DNA of 64,000 bases, from positions 23,504,401-23,568,400 of the forward strand of contig CM120641.1 in NCBI GenBank assembly GCA_051362555.1, given 5' to 3'. This document shows positions 1 through 41,067 of the stretch, one piece after another. The translations under genes and the position numbers were made by a program. This DNA is from Lingula anatina. Taxonomy: Eukaryota > Animalia > Brachiopoda. Under the pieces are notes generated by a model that saw only the letters and a program-made list of their open reading frames with translations, was not told the origin of the DNA and searched no databases. Numbering within the stretch: position 1 is the first letter of the stretch; every line of letters starts with the position of its first letter.

Positions 1-641
1 ATAAGAAATTCAATATGTTTTGTTAAACTGTGGAAGTGCTTATCTTTGGCAGACACACTGGTTGGAATATATCCATCCCATTTGTTGTGAAGATGTTGTG
101 GTCCCAATCAGCTGTTTGTGTATGTTGTTGTTTTGGGGGTGCCAGGTGTTATTAAAGGGCCAGACTGATTACTGAGCGAGTGCCTTGCTCTGTAGCACTG
201 CGCCAGGTGCAGCAAATTGACTCATTTACTTAACCTAGCACTGTACCTTCACTATATATTTTTTTTCTGAGGAAATGTCAGAAGATAAATCTTAAGTGGA
301 TGATCAATCTCGGTGAGAGAAATATTAGTAAACAGCTGTGTACTCTGTGGGTGTCATCAGTACAGTTCTTGCCCAATACACCTTGAGTCACCTGGTTTCT
401 GCTTTATACTACTACAGCCTCTGCTATAGCTTAGTACTAGCTTACACAGCACTGGATCTGGTCAGGCAGGACATCACAATGGCAATTTGTGTGGCATTTT
501 CACTGGACGCCAATTGATCAGCCAATGCTGTCTTTTTACATAAACAATGAAGGATTTATTTGCCAGCTGCTGGAAAAAAGGATGTCGTATGTCCCCAGAC
601 TTCACCGATTTCTTTCTAACGGATATCAATCTTGCTTCCAG

Positions 642-28115
<27,474 letters not shown>

Positions 28116-29618
28116 ATTCATCATGAAGAGATTGAAATACATATCATAAGAACAAGCTGTGACAGAAATTATGTGGAAAGTCATTTGTCTTAAAATGGTG
28201 CAATTTAAATAACACTAGAGCTAAAAGTGCACATAAATGGAACGTGTTGTCTTCATGGTTGATTCAAAAAGATAAGGACTCAAGTATTCATTTGTGCATT
28301 AAATGGCCTTCACAGTACAAATTTTCATTGTTTTGTCTATTCTTATCATGTGGTAATGTTTGTATAATAGTTGAGCTATGAGAAAGTCTTGCATTGTTTG
28401 CAACAGTATTGTTTTTTAATTAAACAGTGCCTATCACTGCATACCTTCTTCCCAAGAATACCTGTGTCATTGTCTTGGCATTTTACATTCATTGAAGTTG
28501 GCCTAAATGTCACCGTATGTGAAATAGGCTGCTTGATTTGATCTAATTCATGGCAGTTTTACTTAACTTTGTTAAAGAAAGTGTCCAAACATTTGCTACA
28601 GCCTTATTTTAGAAGATAAAATATTCTTTTCTTCTGTCGTACTGCATGTGGTTTAGACTCTGAGAAATCTCCAACTGATTCCACTCAACAATAAAGTGAT
28701 CAAGTTATCAGTAATTTCATAGGCCCAGAGAGAGTGAGAATCCAGATCATGGTATTCTTACTCATAGTTTAGGTGAGGCACAAATCTACTAGCACAAAGT
28801 GTGTGCCTTATAGGGATTAAAATGATCAAACAAGTAGGGAGGAAATTGTCTTCTTGCTGTTAAGTCATTTTTTAAAAATAATCGACAAATAAACTAAAAG
28901 CAGTAGAATGTGATACAACAATGCCTATGGTTCAAAGGTTGTCAGATGTACATAATTCCTATTTAATACATTGTATTATATTATGCTGTACTAACATTGT
29001 TATTTATTGCCAATATTTTACCATGAAAATGTGCAAATGGTCAATTAATTGGTTCTTGAACATCAGTGAGAGAGAGAGAGACGCAATCAGTGAATGCATT
29101 TCATATTCAAGTACATATGTAACAGTTGGTGATATTAAAATTAATTGTAGATAATGTAATTTGGTATTTGTATGTTCACATTAGTCACCCCCATGTGATT
29201 ATTATGATCATTTCTTTTATGTACTTTAAAATATTGAACTTCTTGTAGTGTTGTTTTATCCGACAAGAGAATGATAAGAGCTCTTGTAAATGTATGTCTG
29301 GCTCTACAATAGTGAGCAAATGATGATAATCAGTTTGAAACTGAAGTCTTGATCATCTTAAGTGAATGTATGCGGTATCATCAACTTCTATGTAGACTAC
29401 TGTAAGCAAGGGCAGGTTGTGATTAGTCAGAGGGGCAGATTTTAATTAGAAATGAATGGGTAAATATGTATGATATGGAATGCAGTGGGGAAGGCAGAAT
29501 CTTGTACACCTGTTGAATGCTTTTGGACCTGTTCACAGCCACACAGATGCTGTAGAGTGCTGCTGGACACAGATGTCTGTTTCAAGCAACCTCGATTTGA
29601 ACTTGGCTCACAACAGTG

Positions 29619-29786
29619 CAGGCCTGTATCCAGATATTTCAAAGGAGGGGTTCTATTTCTTAAAAAAAAAAGGTGTACCTTTTTATCCTTTTAGCTGATT
29701 CAACTTGAAAAATGATATATTACCTATATCAAACTTTGAGAGCAGTAGTTTCGAATCATATCCCCCCTTCCCTGCCTATGGGCCTG
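29619..29786 (-). mobile_element. MITE family A copy in reverse orientation, in the putative neurabin 3'UTR
   Basis: caggcctgtatccag...tttcaaaggaggggttct...ttcgaa...cctatgggcctg is approximately the reverse complement of 56173-56339. Confidence 0.6.
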
Positions 29787-30585
29787 CAATGTAATTTTAA
29801 ATGCTTATACTTCATGAGATTGTGAATCCATTTTTATTTTATTATTTTTTTAATGCTAATTTAATTCAGATCTGCTAAGACCAGGTTCAGATTGGATTTG
29901 CACCAACTTTCTATGTGTAAACTGGCATTTTCTCAGCAGTCTGTGTCCACAGGGAGAGAGGCATACTGGTCAGTATTAAGGTGCCTTGACCTGTGATAAG
30001 GGAAAACGTGGAAATTGCCATCAAGTTTTAATATCTTGTTGAAGCAAGGAGGGTTTTTTCTATGATATGAATTAAGCAATATGATGACCTGGTGTCTTTC
30101 CAACATTGATAATTATGACGATTTTCTATTATGTGCATCAAGATTTTCAAATTATGTGTATATTTTTTTTCCTGGTTTTACTGATGTTTCTTTACAAAGG
30201 CATCTGAACAAGTTTTGTAAAATCCTCGTCACGGTCTATGTTAGCTATTAATGTAATAAGAGATGCAGTGCTCAGTGCAGGGCTATCAAAACATTGATAC
30301 AATGTATCCTTAGGTTACTGGAATACCTTTGAGCCTTATGCATCTCAAATTTATATTTAAGTAAAAGATATGTTCTTAACCACTGCTGTCTGCTTCTAAG
30401 TGATGTACTCTTAAGATAGTTGAAGCTCTGATAGAGAGAAAGCTTTCCCATACCAGTATGATTTATCCAATCTTGTTGCAATATATGCAGACAACATAGA
30501 CATTATGTGTTCACCATAATTATTAGTCAAAGTTCATTGAATATCACAACTCATTAAGGAGATGGGAAGTAATGTATCTCCAGTG

Positions 30586-30591
30586 AATAAA
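30586..30591 (+). terminator. Candidate polyadenylation signal for neurabin (3'UTR about 2.5 kb)
   Basis: AATAAA followed by a GT-rich tract (catgtgttgttgttt) and a T-run; other AATAAA hexamers occur earlier. Confidence 0.45.
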
Positions 30592-31391
30592 ATATTTTCA
30601 CTGAACATGGAACATGTGTTGTTGTTTAAAGTTATGATGATGACTTTTTTTTTTCTCCATTGACAGTGTGGATGACCTTACCACCTTCATTACAGACAAT
30701 TAAGTCCCTCTTCCTCCAGGATATTGGATTACATTAAACAAATTTGAATGATCCTATTTAAGAAAACAGCAATACAACATATTGTTCATTCTTGGGACTT
30801 TGGCTTTAGAATATATGCAAAAGAGAAAACTAGCTACAACCTTGCTCGGCTTTCAGTTAACTGTTGTCTCCATTAGCTTACTTAATTTGGTTACATTTAC
30901 GTACCCAATTAGTATGAAAATACTCATTGATGGTACATGAGGATGCATGCATGTAACTGCCGTTCTTTAACATAAATAAGGGAACAATTGCTTGTCAGTC
31001 ATATTTCAATATTTAATAGAGTTTTGTACTTTTGATCTGTCCAAAATCATTGAAAATGAAGATCCTTCAGCACATTACTGCAAAGAACATGGACAGCTTT
31101 TACAATTCCAGATGCCAAAAATAATTGCAAATCAATATCAACTTTTCATAGCATTAATCTATTTATTCTATTTTTCATTTGCATTGTTATTTGCTGTATC
31201 TTTATCCAGATGATATGTATAGAGATAGAAAACAAAATATGAAACCAACTTTTTATGCTGTTTGTTTAGCCATTCTATTTTCCATTGGCTTTATACAATG
31301 CAGCATCTTTATTCAGATGATATGCACAGGTAAATCCAAAATGATTTTTGTTGAGTCTTTCCCATGATAATGATGTCCTTTCTAATCATAA

Positions 31392-31409
31392 TTTATTATT
31401 ATTATTATA

Positions 31410-31489
<80 letters not shown>
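31392..31489. repeat. (TTA)n microsatellite
   Basis: Near-pure trinucleotide run about 250 bp upstream of the PDE12 ATG. Confidence 0.97.
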
Positions 31490-31491
<2 letters not shown>

Positions 31492-31734
31492 TTTTACAGA
31501 TAAAATAAACATCAACATTTACATATATTTCAATTAATTTTCGGTTAATAATAAATCAAATTGCTACCTTCCTCTCCAAAGCTGCACCAATGTCAAAACA
31601 AAGAAAGCCGAGCGAATGTAGCTTGTCTTGGGATAAGCGTTCTTCATTATAGAAGTCTCGTAATAAAAGCAGTGCTTGCAACTCGTGGCGAAAGCGGTGA
31701 ATTTTATTACTGATGAATTGTTGTGAAATGCCCA

Positions 31735-31933
31735 ATGAATCGGACATTCTTTTTTAGCACTACTAATAAGATTTTCTTTGGTTTTGCCAGACAAAGATTT
31801 TCTACCATGTCTTTTCCAAAGGTTTTTGTTCGGTCAGACGAGGCGGAAAAGCTGCACATTCAGTTAACTTTACCGTCGTTTCACGGATACAAACTGGACC
31901 TCGGCATGGAAAGGTCCGTCGACGAGGAATTGG
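31735..31933 (+). CDS. PDE12: PDE12 exon 1 (presequence-like MNRTFFFSTTNKIFFGFARQRFST, then MSFPK...)
   Basis: ATG at 31735 and 31807; donor G|gtaagg. Confidence 0.85.
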
Positions 31934-34900
31934 GTAAGGAGAAAAACAAATATCCTGACTTTTAATTGAGAAAGAGAATACTTGCATTGCAAATGGGGTA
32001 ATCTCTGTACTTGGAGTTGTACTATGTCTTGCCTCACAGTCAGTTGGGTATTACGACATGTTAGCTAGACTATCCTAGCAATTCCCTACGTCGCACCTGT
32101 ATAATTTGCATTTATAGGTTGATGACGTTTTAGTCTTTGTTCCAGCTACCTTGGACAAATAAAATGCCCGAGCACTTAGGCATGTCAGTGCTGCCACTTA
32201 CATCCCATTTGTAAATGATGTCACATAGAGCCTCGATAGTTTATTGTTCCTTATGTTGGAATGAGGCCTTACCTGGGTAGCATGTACACGTAAGACCAAA
32301 AACTGAGGCTACATTATGTCTTATAATGATGTATCATATTGGAATTAGAACAAATTCAGTAACATTGAGTAGTTGGTCTCTAACACCCCTGGGCCCAATT
32401 GTAATATTAAAATATTAAAAACATTCATTGCAAGAATTGCATATTTTTGGTTTTTGAATATCACAGCAAATGGGCTTTGGTTTCTTTGCTTCACAGCATA
32501 GTCCCTGACTTGTGTTAATTTTTTTCCAGGCAGATGCTTAGATAGAATGGTGGCAAGTATAGTGGTTAAGGTAAAGAAAAAGGGGAAGAAAAAGATCAAA
32601 ACTGAATTGTCTGCAATAGCTGACACACTGAAAGTCAACTTGTACCACCAAGATGTAAAGGTAGATGTCGCCACACCAAACAAGCATGCCTGGATCCAAG
32701 ATGCTCTACTGGAAGTTGGTGAGACTAAGTTCCAGGTTGAGTTCAATCCACCTACAGTGAAATCCCTTCAGTTACCAGACCATGTGGTGGTCAGGCTTCC
32801 TGTCTACCCTAAACTTGAAGTAAATTTTGCTGAAACTGATCTGTGTGATATTACATGGTATAGAAACATATCGGGTAGCACAAAGCACAACACTAATAAA
32901 GGGATGGCTATGGAGGTGGATGACCACTGTCTGGACAATAATGACCACTGGATTGAAGTTGGAAGGACTCTCAGATATGTTCCAACTAAGGAAGATTTAG
33001 GACATGAACTAATATTGCTGTGCACTCCAAAATCTGGAGACAGAACTGGGAAGACAGTGACTGCCAAAAGCAAAAAAGTTAAAGATGCATACATAACAGA
33101 TGTTTATCCTTTTGAGAGGAGACATTCTTTTACCAAGAATAACAGTGACCATGGAAGGTAAGAGATTCTTTATCAGATATCTTTGAGATTTATGTTTTCA
33201 AATAAGTAGATTAATCACTTTTGATAAATGTTATTAGAAATTAAGAGAGTTCATTAATTATTATTCAGTAGTATGATGATTCCACAATTTCCAATTCCAA
33301 AGTTTGATTACTAGTACTTGAAGAAATGTCAATCATTTTATATGTATGAGATCTAATTAAAGATGTAATATTTATCTTTCTTCAGCTTTCGCATGGTAAG
33401 CTACAACATTCTAGCAGATTTGTATGCAGACTCAGACTTCTCCCGTGACGTTCTGTATCCGTACTGCCCAGCAGAATGTTTGGCCAAAGACTATAGATAC
33501 CCCCTGATATTGTGGGAACTGAGAGGTAGGACAGGATTGCATCATATTTCTTGCTTGTTCACATTTTTTAACTTGGATTTGACACTTATGTTTTCTTCAA
33601 GAGAAGTAAAACAATCATGTCAGCTGTAAGCTGTATATATATCGTACTTGATTTTAAGCCTATGGATGTATTATTATCATTTTTTTTAAATTTTAATATT
33701 AATGCAGTTGCTGTCTTCTTTAAAAGACTATCTCAACTAACACAATAAGTAATTTTGCTTAGGTTGTAGGTCTGTGGTTATTTTGAAAGAGTCAGGTTTT
33801 TACCAATCAAATTTTTTGTGAGTCTGTACACAACACAATGTACACAACAGGAAGTAATCAGATATTCCTTTAAGGAAAAAAAAAACAAACAAAAAATGTT
33901 CCAACTTCATACATATTTATCTTATTCTAATAATGTTATTGCAGACTACAATGCTGATGTGATCTGTCTCCAAGAGTTAGACAAGAAGCTGTTTCTTGGT
34001 GATCTGTCAGAGCAGTTCAGTAAACAGGGGTTCTCAGGTCATTTTAAGATGAAAACAAATGGCAAGGGAGGAGATGTGCCTGAAGGAACAGGGATTCTTG
34101 TCAGGAATTCCAAGTTCAGGTATGTTCTGTTACCAATGTGAATATTCTTGTCATTCCCTCATGACACAAGTATTCTCTTGATCAACCCTCTGTATTATTA
34201 TTATTATTGTTATTAAAAGGAAGTACTGGCCCTAATTATAATTACCATGCAGATTTAACTTGTAGATTATATTTAGGTTGCACTGAATGTGGCTGTGATA
34301 TTTTTTCTCAATTCTAGTTCATTCACCTTTTTATTTTATTTCAGTGTTTTAGAAGAATATTACATTGATTTGAAGGAGGTTCTAGAAAAAGACCCCATGT
34401 TTCAAGATTTGAAGAATAAAATTGCAACGAAACCAGTATTGCTTGAAAAAATGATGACTAGAACCACTGGATTACATGTAAGTTTATATATATATATATA
34501 TATAACACTTAATATTTGAATATCCTTAGGCATGAATATAATGGGAATTTATTTCTCTCTTCATCCTCCCCCCAAAATATAAAATCATAATTAAAGTTTA
34601 TTTATGATATATTGATAATGTAAAAACCATGCACATATTCAGTTGCTATAGAAAACTTTTTATTGCTAAATTTTCTTTTAAAAGATATTTTTGATGTTTT
34701 ACTGTTTCCAGATTAAATAATACAACCTGTGTCTTTTTTATCCTATCCAGGTAGTGGTCTTAAATTCCAAAGAAGTTCCTGACAGAAAGATATGTGTTGC
34801 TACAACCCACCTTTACTTTCACCCCAAGTCTCCTAACATTCGACTTATCCAGGCTGACATGTGCCTGCAGTACCTCACTCAGATAGTGAAGGGATACAAG

Positions 34901-37900
34901 GAAAAGGTAAGTTATGTATTTTGTGTTATGTTGTATTTCATGTTCTGTCATTAAGTAAAAAGTAAAAACTGGATACAGTCTAGGATTTTTTGCCAAACAG
35001 AGGGTTTATTTTAGACATATCAGAATTTTGAGTTTTACATGTATCACTGAAATGTTTATTTAAGTACTTACATATTTAAAGATTTTTTTCAACATTATCA
35101 CATTTAATACCATAAGAAAATGATTTAAAGCATTTGGGTAATATTTACTATGTGTGAGTAAGCTCTCTCTCTATAACATTAAAAAAGAGAAAAGCCATTT
35201 TCCTGTACATCACACATTTCCCCTTTGATCTCTCTGCACATTTATTTCTCCCATTTGTTTCTGGCTTATAATAAATCTTTTCCAGTTTATAGTGGTTTTG
35301 CAATATGTCATTATATGTCATAGCACCAGTTACAAATGTCAAGTGCCACTCTGTCATGCTGAAGTGATCATGTGAAACTTGCATGCAGCTGACACATTCA
35401 TGTTTTATAAAAACCTAAACTGGACTTCGGGGGCTTCTTAAGAATAAGACTATTGATGTTTTTTGTCGTAATATTTTTCATTTTTGTTTGCAAAGCCAGA
35501 TATTAAACGTGGTTGAAACTACATTTTTTTTCATAATTTGCCATATTCATACCTATTTTTATTCCCTCTCTCTTCCTGTGTTTTTTTTTTTTTTTTTTTT
35601 TTTTTTTTTGTCATTTATTCTGATCATGTAGTCTAATAGGGATTGACATTTCAGTGTAGGATTTGAAGTACATGCTGCGATACTTTAATCAAACTTGTTA
35701 TTCTAGTGAGTGGTTGGAATAGGGTTTCTTGGCATCTGTTTTTCAAACTTAAATGTCAGTGTAAGCTTTTACGTTGTTGTGAAGACAAATTTTGTTTTCA
35801 TTTGTCTAATATTTTATTTGCATTTTGACACCAAGGGATTTTTAGTGGCACAAATGTGTTTTTGTAAAATGGCATTTCATTCATGTCATTATAATCCTGC
35901 ATTATGTTTCATGTTACTACGTATCAGGTGTCAGACTGGGCTAAGTCAGCCCCATGATGATTTTACTTTTATATGTTTATGATTCCTTCTTTTTTGTGAA
36001 TATTTGGACATTCCATGCAAAATAGAACTCATTGTATAAATTGGTATTTTGACAGCATTTTCCTTAATCTGTGTCTGTACTACCAATTGATTTAAACTAC
36101 CCCTTAGTTCAAACTTAATAAATTTAGATCTGTGGTTTATAGGAAAAAGTCCTTAAGATATCATGTGGGCATCATCCCCCCACCCACCCAGGCACCCCAG
36201 TATTTGTACTTGATAACCATTATGTAATTGTAACATTGAATTTTAAGGTCGTGTCTGAGGAAACCATACAAGATATGACAATAGATCGTTGCAGGTGAAT
36301 GAAATTAAAATTGACATTTTTGTTCCAGTATTTAACATTTGCTATTTATTAAAAAGGTTTTTTATTTCTTACTTATTGATAATAAGTAAAAACTGAAAAG
36401 AATAAGGTTTAAGCAGTTGCACAATGTAAACATGTCATTTGCTCTTTCTGGTGAGGAAATAATGATGACATTATTGATGTTAAATTTAAATCATGAGCTA
36501 ATTTGTCACATGGTTGCAGAAAATCTCTCTGTATATAGGGCACCTGCTGGTGTGTTTACCTATGAACAAGGATTTATCTAAAAACTCCTGCCTTTTCTCT
36601 AAATAAAAAAAATATATTTCATGAAAGATACACAAGAAAAAATGGATGATCATTACAAATATAGAAGCTCAGTAAGGATTTGTTTGACAAAATTGCTTCT
36701 TGTCTAAAGTTCTTGTCTAAAGTTTTTCCTTTATTTTTCTTTCTGATTTTTCCCCTTCTTTAACTGTTTTTCCAAAATAAATCATGGTAATTATGCACAT
36801 TCACTGAATGGAGAGTCATTACAAACATAATAGCTCAGCAAGGATTTGTTTGACAAAATTGCCTCTTGTCTACAGTCTGATTCAGCAGCTACAAGTAATT
36901 CGATTTTTTACGGAAGTGTATAATCTATAACGTCTGGTCAGATTTCCAAGATCTTGCTCAAAGGAAGGGAGGTCAGGTTTCTGGAAATTTGTTTCTGAAT
37001 GAAGGAAATGATCAGAATTGCATTTTCTTGAGAATGTTTCTTTGATTGCAGTTTGAAAGGTAGAGAGATAATGAGGGCTGTTTTCTACAAGTATCAGTGA
37101 TTTCCTGAGAACATGTTTTCTGGCTGTCCAATGTAATGTGATGATTTGTAATGACCACTTTCAGTTAGTAGGTGTTGAATAACAGAACACTCAGCCAGGT
37201 TACTGCTATACCAGTCATGACATCCATGACATTAAAAGAGAAATTGATTACTGGCTTTCATTTTTTGGTCATTATAGCAAACAAAAGCACATGATTGTAT
37301 CCTATCTAACCTTGCATTTTAAGTTCCTTTTTTTAAGAAGAAAGATTTTTGTGAAGATACTTTATGGGAATGTCACACTTGTCATAGAAACATTCAGTGC
37401 TTGAATTCATTTCCACGCACTCAAACAGGCATGCATGTTCATGCTTTCACACAGACATGCACATATACAAATACGGGCTCAGATGTATAAATGTTTGCAC
37501 AACCTGTTCATGTGACAGCTAATTGCAGCGTAATTTGCTCCAGGGAGAACATCTACCTGTGATAATTTGTGGTGACTTCAACAGCAGCCCAATCACCGGG
37601 GTGAGCCAGTTCATGACACAAAAGGAGGTTCCTGCCAATTACACCGATTGGTTTGCTGGTAAATGTTTGAATGTTGTTCCCTCTTCCTCAGCCATACACT
37701 GTATAATACACAGACACTGTATGTGCCTGAATATATACTGATTACTGTGTCTGTCTGTGTGGTAGCTGTCACTGTCAATGTCCACACCCCTTTTTTCCAC
37801 CTTATAAATCCCAAACCATATTTTTGTTTTACTTCAAATTAACTTGTTTGGTAAAAATGTAATTTCTAGAATTTTTTTTCTTATTCCTTTTAAATTGTTT

Positions 37901-39150
37901 TTACTTACATTGGACCGATAAGTGCCAAACTGCATTTTGTATTACTTCATATTTGCTGAGTGGCATTGTTTGGTTAAAGGGGATGTTCCTGTCAAAAATC
38001 AGCATGATCATATGATTTTATGAGTTATTGTTTACTAGAATGTGCCTGTGCATATTTAATTTAGAGAGGGATGAAGTAACATTTTTTAATTTCTACATTA
38101 TTTGTTTTTATCAATTTTTCCTGATTTAATCAATTCTTTTAAAACCCCGTTTTATCCTTTATTCTGGTTGCATTGTTAAGTTTACTGAAAAAATTGGATT
38201 TAAGACTCAAAATAAAAATTATTTTTTGATATTATTATTGGAGGAATTGTTATGACTTTTTATTGTTAAGTATCTGTATGTTTGCCAGTTATGCTGACTA
38301 CTTTGGGAAGAAAACTCCCCCCCTCTTCATAGAATGACCAGCACAGATTTATTGATTTCAAACTTGAGAAATATGGTCTGTCACGTTAAGCATTATCTTG
38401 AACATCTGAGGGATTTAAAAAAAAAAAAGAATGCCTTTTGGCAGTAAATGGATCCCACATCTTGACACTTAGTCCATACCAGCCTGATATATGGTGCTTG
38501 TCTTGAAACCTTGTGACATCAAAGTCTTCATATCTAAGACAGCAAGAAGCACTTGTTGTGACGTTCTATGCTTGAAAGGTTTACATTTGTTTAAATGTAT
38601 TAATGGTTATGTTTTATTTTAGTCTTCCCCCTCCCCCCCCCAAAAAATAATAAATAAATAAATATTTTTAATTACCATTCCTATGTGACAAGCCTTTATT
38701 TCATTATTCTTTAACTTTGGGCCACAGTATTTGCTCCTTTCCTCCCTTTTCTTGTACTTACATGTCTTCATGTTTCGATGTTTTGAAGTCATAGGTATGT
38801 TAACTGAAATCAATAAATTTCCCTTAAGGTCATTTTTGTACATAACATGTGATGCTAATGTATGATTTTTATTTTCAGGTGGAAAAGAGGAATATGTAGA
38901 AGACTTAAAACTGCGGCATGACTTCAATTTCACCAGTGCATGTGGCTTTCCTAGGTACACCAACTATGTAGGTGGATTTGAGGGCTGTCTGGATTATATC
39001 TACATAGAGTCGGATTATTTTCAGGTGTCCAAAGTAATACCACTGCCGTCACACAAGGAGATCACACAGCATGGGGCTTTACCTAATCAATGTTTTCCAT
39101 CAGATCACTTGGCTCTCATCTGTGATATTACTTGGAAACAACAGAAATAG
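31735..39150 (+). CDS. PDE12: 2',5'-phosphodiesterase 12 (EEP/CCR4-family deadenylase); exons 31735-31933, 32530-33157, 33386-33525, 33945-34119, 34345-34477, 34751-34906, 37544-37658, 38879-39150
   Basis: Phase-consistent exons. N-terminal MERSVDEELGRCLDRM and FNPPTVKSLQLP; catalytic-domain motifs SYNILAD, DVICLQE, TTHLYFHP, CGDFNSSP, YTNYVGGFEGCLDYI, FPSDHLAL; stop TAG ends 39150. Confidence 0.95.
32530..33157 (+). CDS. PDE12: PDE12 exon 2
   Basis: ORF 32547-33161; ttccag acceptor, AG|gtaaga donor. Confidence 0.93.
33386..33525 (+). CDS. PDE12: PDE12 exon 3 (SYNILADLYADSDFSRDVLYPYCP)
   Basis: EEP motif; canonical sites. Confidence 0.95.
33945..34119 (+). CDS. PDE12: PDE12 exon 4 (YNADVICLQE)
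   Basis: EEP metal-binding Glu motif. Confidence 0.95.
34345..34477 (+). CDS. PDE12: PDE12 exon 5
   Basis: Frame continuity; canonical sites. Confidence 0.9.
34751..34906 (+). CDS. PDE12: PDE12 exon 6 (VATTHLYFHPKSPNIRLIQ)
   Basis: Conserved THLY.HP motif. Confidence 0.95.
36650..36877. repeat. Direct duplication of about 60 bp in PDE12 intron 6
   Basis: cattacaaa.ata..agctcag.aaggatttgtttgacaaaattgc.tcttgtcta at about 36651-36707 and about 36817-36872. Confidence 0.85.
37544..37658 (+). CDS. PDE12: PDE12 exon 7 (CGDFNSSP)
   Basis: GDFN catalytic motif. Confidence 0.95.
38879..39150 (+). CDS. PDE12: PDE12 exon 8 (LDYI, PSDH, stop)
   Basis: Catalytic SDH motif; stop TAG. Confidence 0.95.
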
Positions 39151-41067
39151 TATAAACGTAAGCATCGCACTTCCTACAGAATATATAGTATTCTCTTTGT
39201 TTGGGTGAGATTTAAAAGTGCATTGAAGCATTTGCAAGGCATCAAGTTGAACATACGCTGGAATCTTTTATATCAGAAGTTACACATTAGCATAAATTTC
39301 TCCCTGTAAAAAAAAAATTAAACTTAATATTGATGTAAGTCAGTATTATTCTTCCAACCTGTAGTACCACGTCAAATAGGTTTTATCAGTTCTTGCTGTT
39401 GCTAAGTGTTACTAAAGGAATAATGAAGTGGTGATAATGCTTTCTGCTTCAAATTACAGTAACATGCAATATGATGATCAAGGAAAGGATCACACTCTCA
39501 GTCACATTATACCATCTACTGGGCAACCTATGTAACAGGATCATTGCCTTTCTAGTTGTAACAATTATTATTTCTCTCTCTTTTCTTTGTTTTCGTTTTC
39601 TGAATTTTTTTTTTCTTGAAAATTTCATATTGGGTTGGTGACTGTGTGTGTTAACTTACGGTGTGCTCTGTAAAAGAAATACTGCAGCAACAGCCAATTA
39701 TTAAGTAGAGATTCATATAACATATTTCAAGTTGAATAATTAAGTCATTACGAAATTTGCAATGAGTTATTTTCACATTGGACCTGATAATTAATATGTT
39801 GAAGGCATGGTAACTCAAATATAAGTTCATTCCCTTAGTCATCATCTGATAAATTTTATAGAGCAATATGCTTAACAAGCACACCAAAGCTATATTTTGC
39901 TTATAAGAAGAGTGAAAACACTATGAGAAATGAAAATATATATTGTAAAATAAAGAAATCAAATCCATACATAAAAACATAATCATATAAAGGTCTACCA
40001 AAAAACCCAATTTAATGAAGAATTTCTGTTCATTTTAGTTTCAAGACACCAATTAATATTTCTAAATATTGTGTAAGAATTCATTTCTACTTTAAATTTG
40101 TAGATCAACATTTTGTTAATGTTTGGTTCAACAGCCATTTGTCTTTATATTATGATTAATCACTTTTTTGTCTTTGGTAGTTAAACTCTTTCTGAGGCAA
40201 TATACAAAGTGTACAAAAATTTAATTTGTGTAAGAAAAAGCTATTTCGTTGGCAAGGTTCTTTCTTATATATACATGGCAACACAAAGTCTTGCTTATGT
40301 GTATTTACATTAACCATATTAAAGGGAGCCTAAAATGTATCATACACTTCATTTACAGCTCAATAAATTATTACTTAATAAATTTAATTATTAAGTTTGA
40401 GTATTATTTACACTGTGTGTGTGTTTATATAATTTTGAACCAAAATGTTGACCTCCCCTTTAACTTATAAAAATTCAAATTTGATTCATCCCATTGATTG
40501 TGAATTAAAACACTTCAGTTTTTTCCCTGCTCCGCTTACTGAGTTTAGAAATCATGCATTTGCATCACGGGAAGATTTTTATGTAGTTTTTATCCTTAAT
40601 CTATATCCCTTTTAATACAGTCTTAAACTTTTTTTATAATTTCAACTTTTACAGTTTTTAACACCACAACACTTTTACAGGTCAATTTACCCCCAAAATT
40701 CATTATTTTATGAATTAATGGCTAAATAAATTATCTCTTGACTTGATTTTCATTACTTCTAGTGAGCTCTGACAATTATCTAATTACTGGATATGCTTTT
40801 AGCCTTTACATTAGGTTTACCCAGTATGAGGTAAAAATACTGGAATATTTATAACAGTGGCATAGAGATCTTTTTAGACGCATGTCCTCCTATCCAGAAT
40901 TGCCAATTTTTTAAAGCCCGAATTTATTTGTAATCCCCACATTTTGCTACTTCTCAATGAAGACTTCCTGCTGGAAATACTTCTATCAACTACATCAAAT
41001 GTTCTTTGATTTAAAAATTGCAGATTCTTTGGTTGTCATCTAGCTTCAGTGTGAAGTTCTATTCTTG

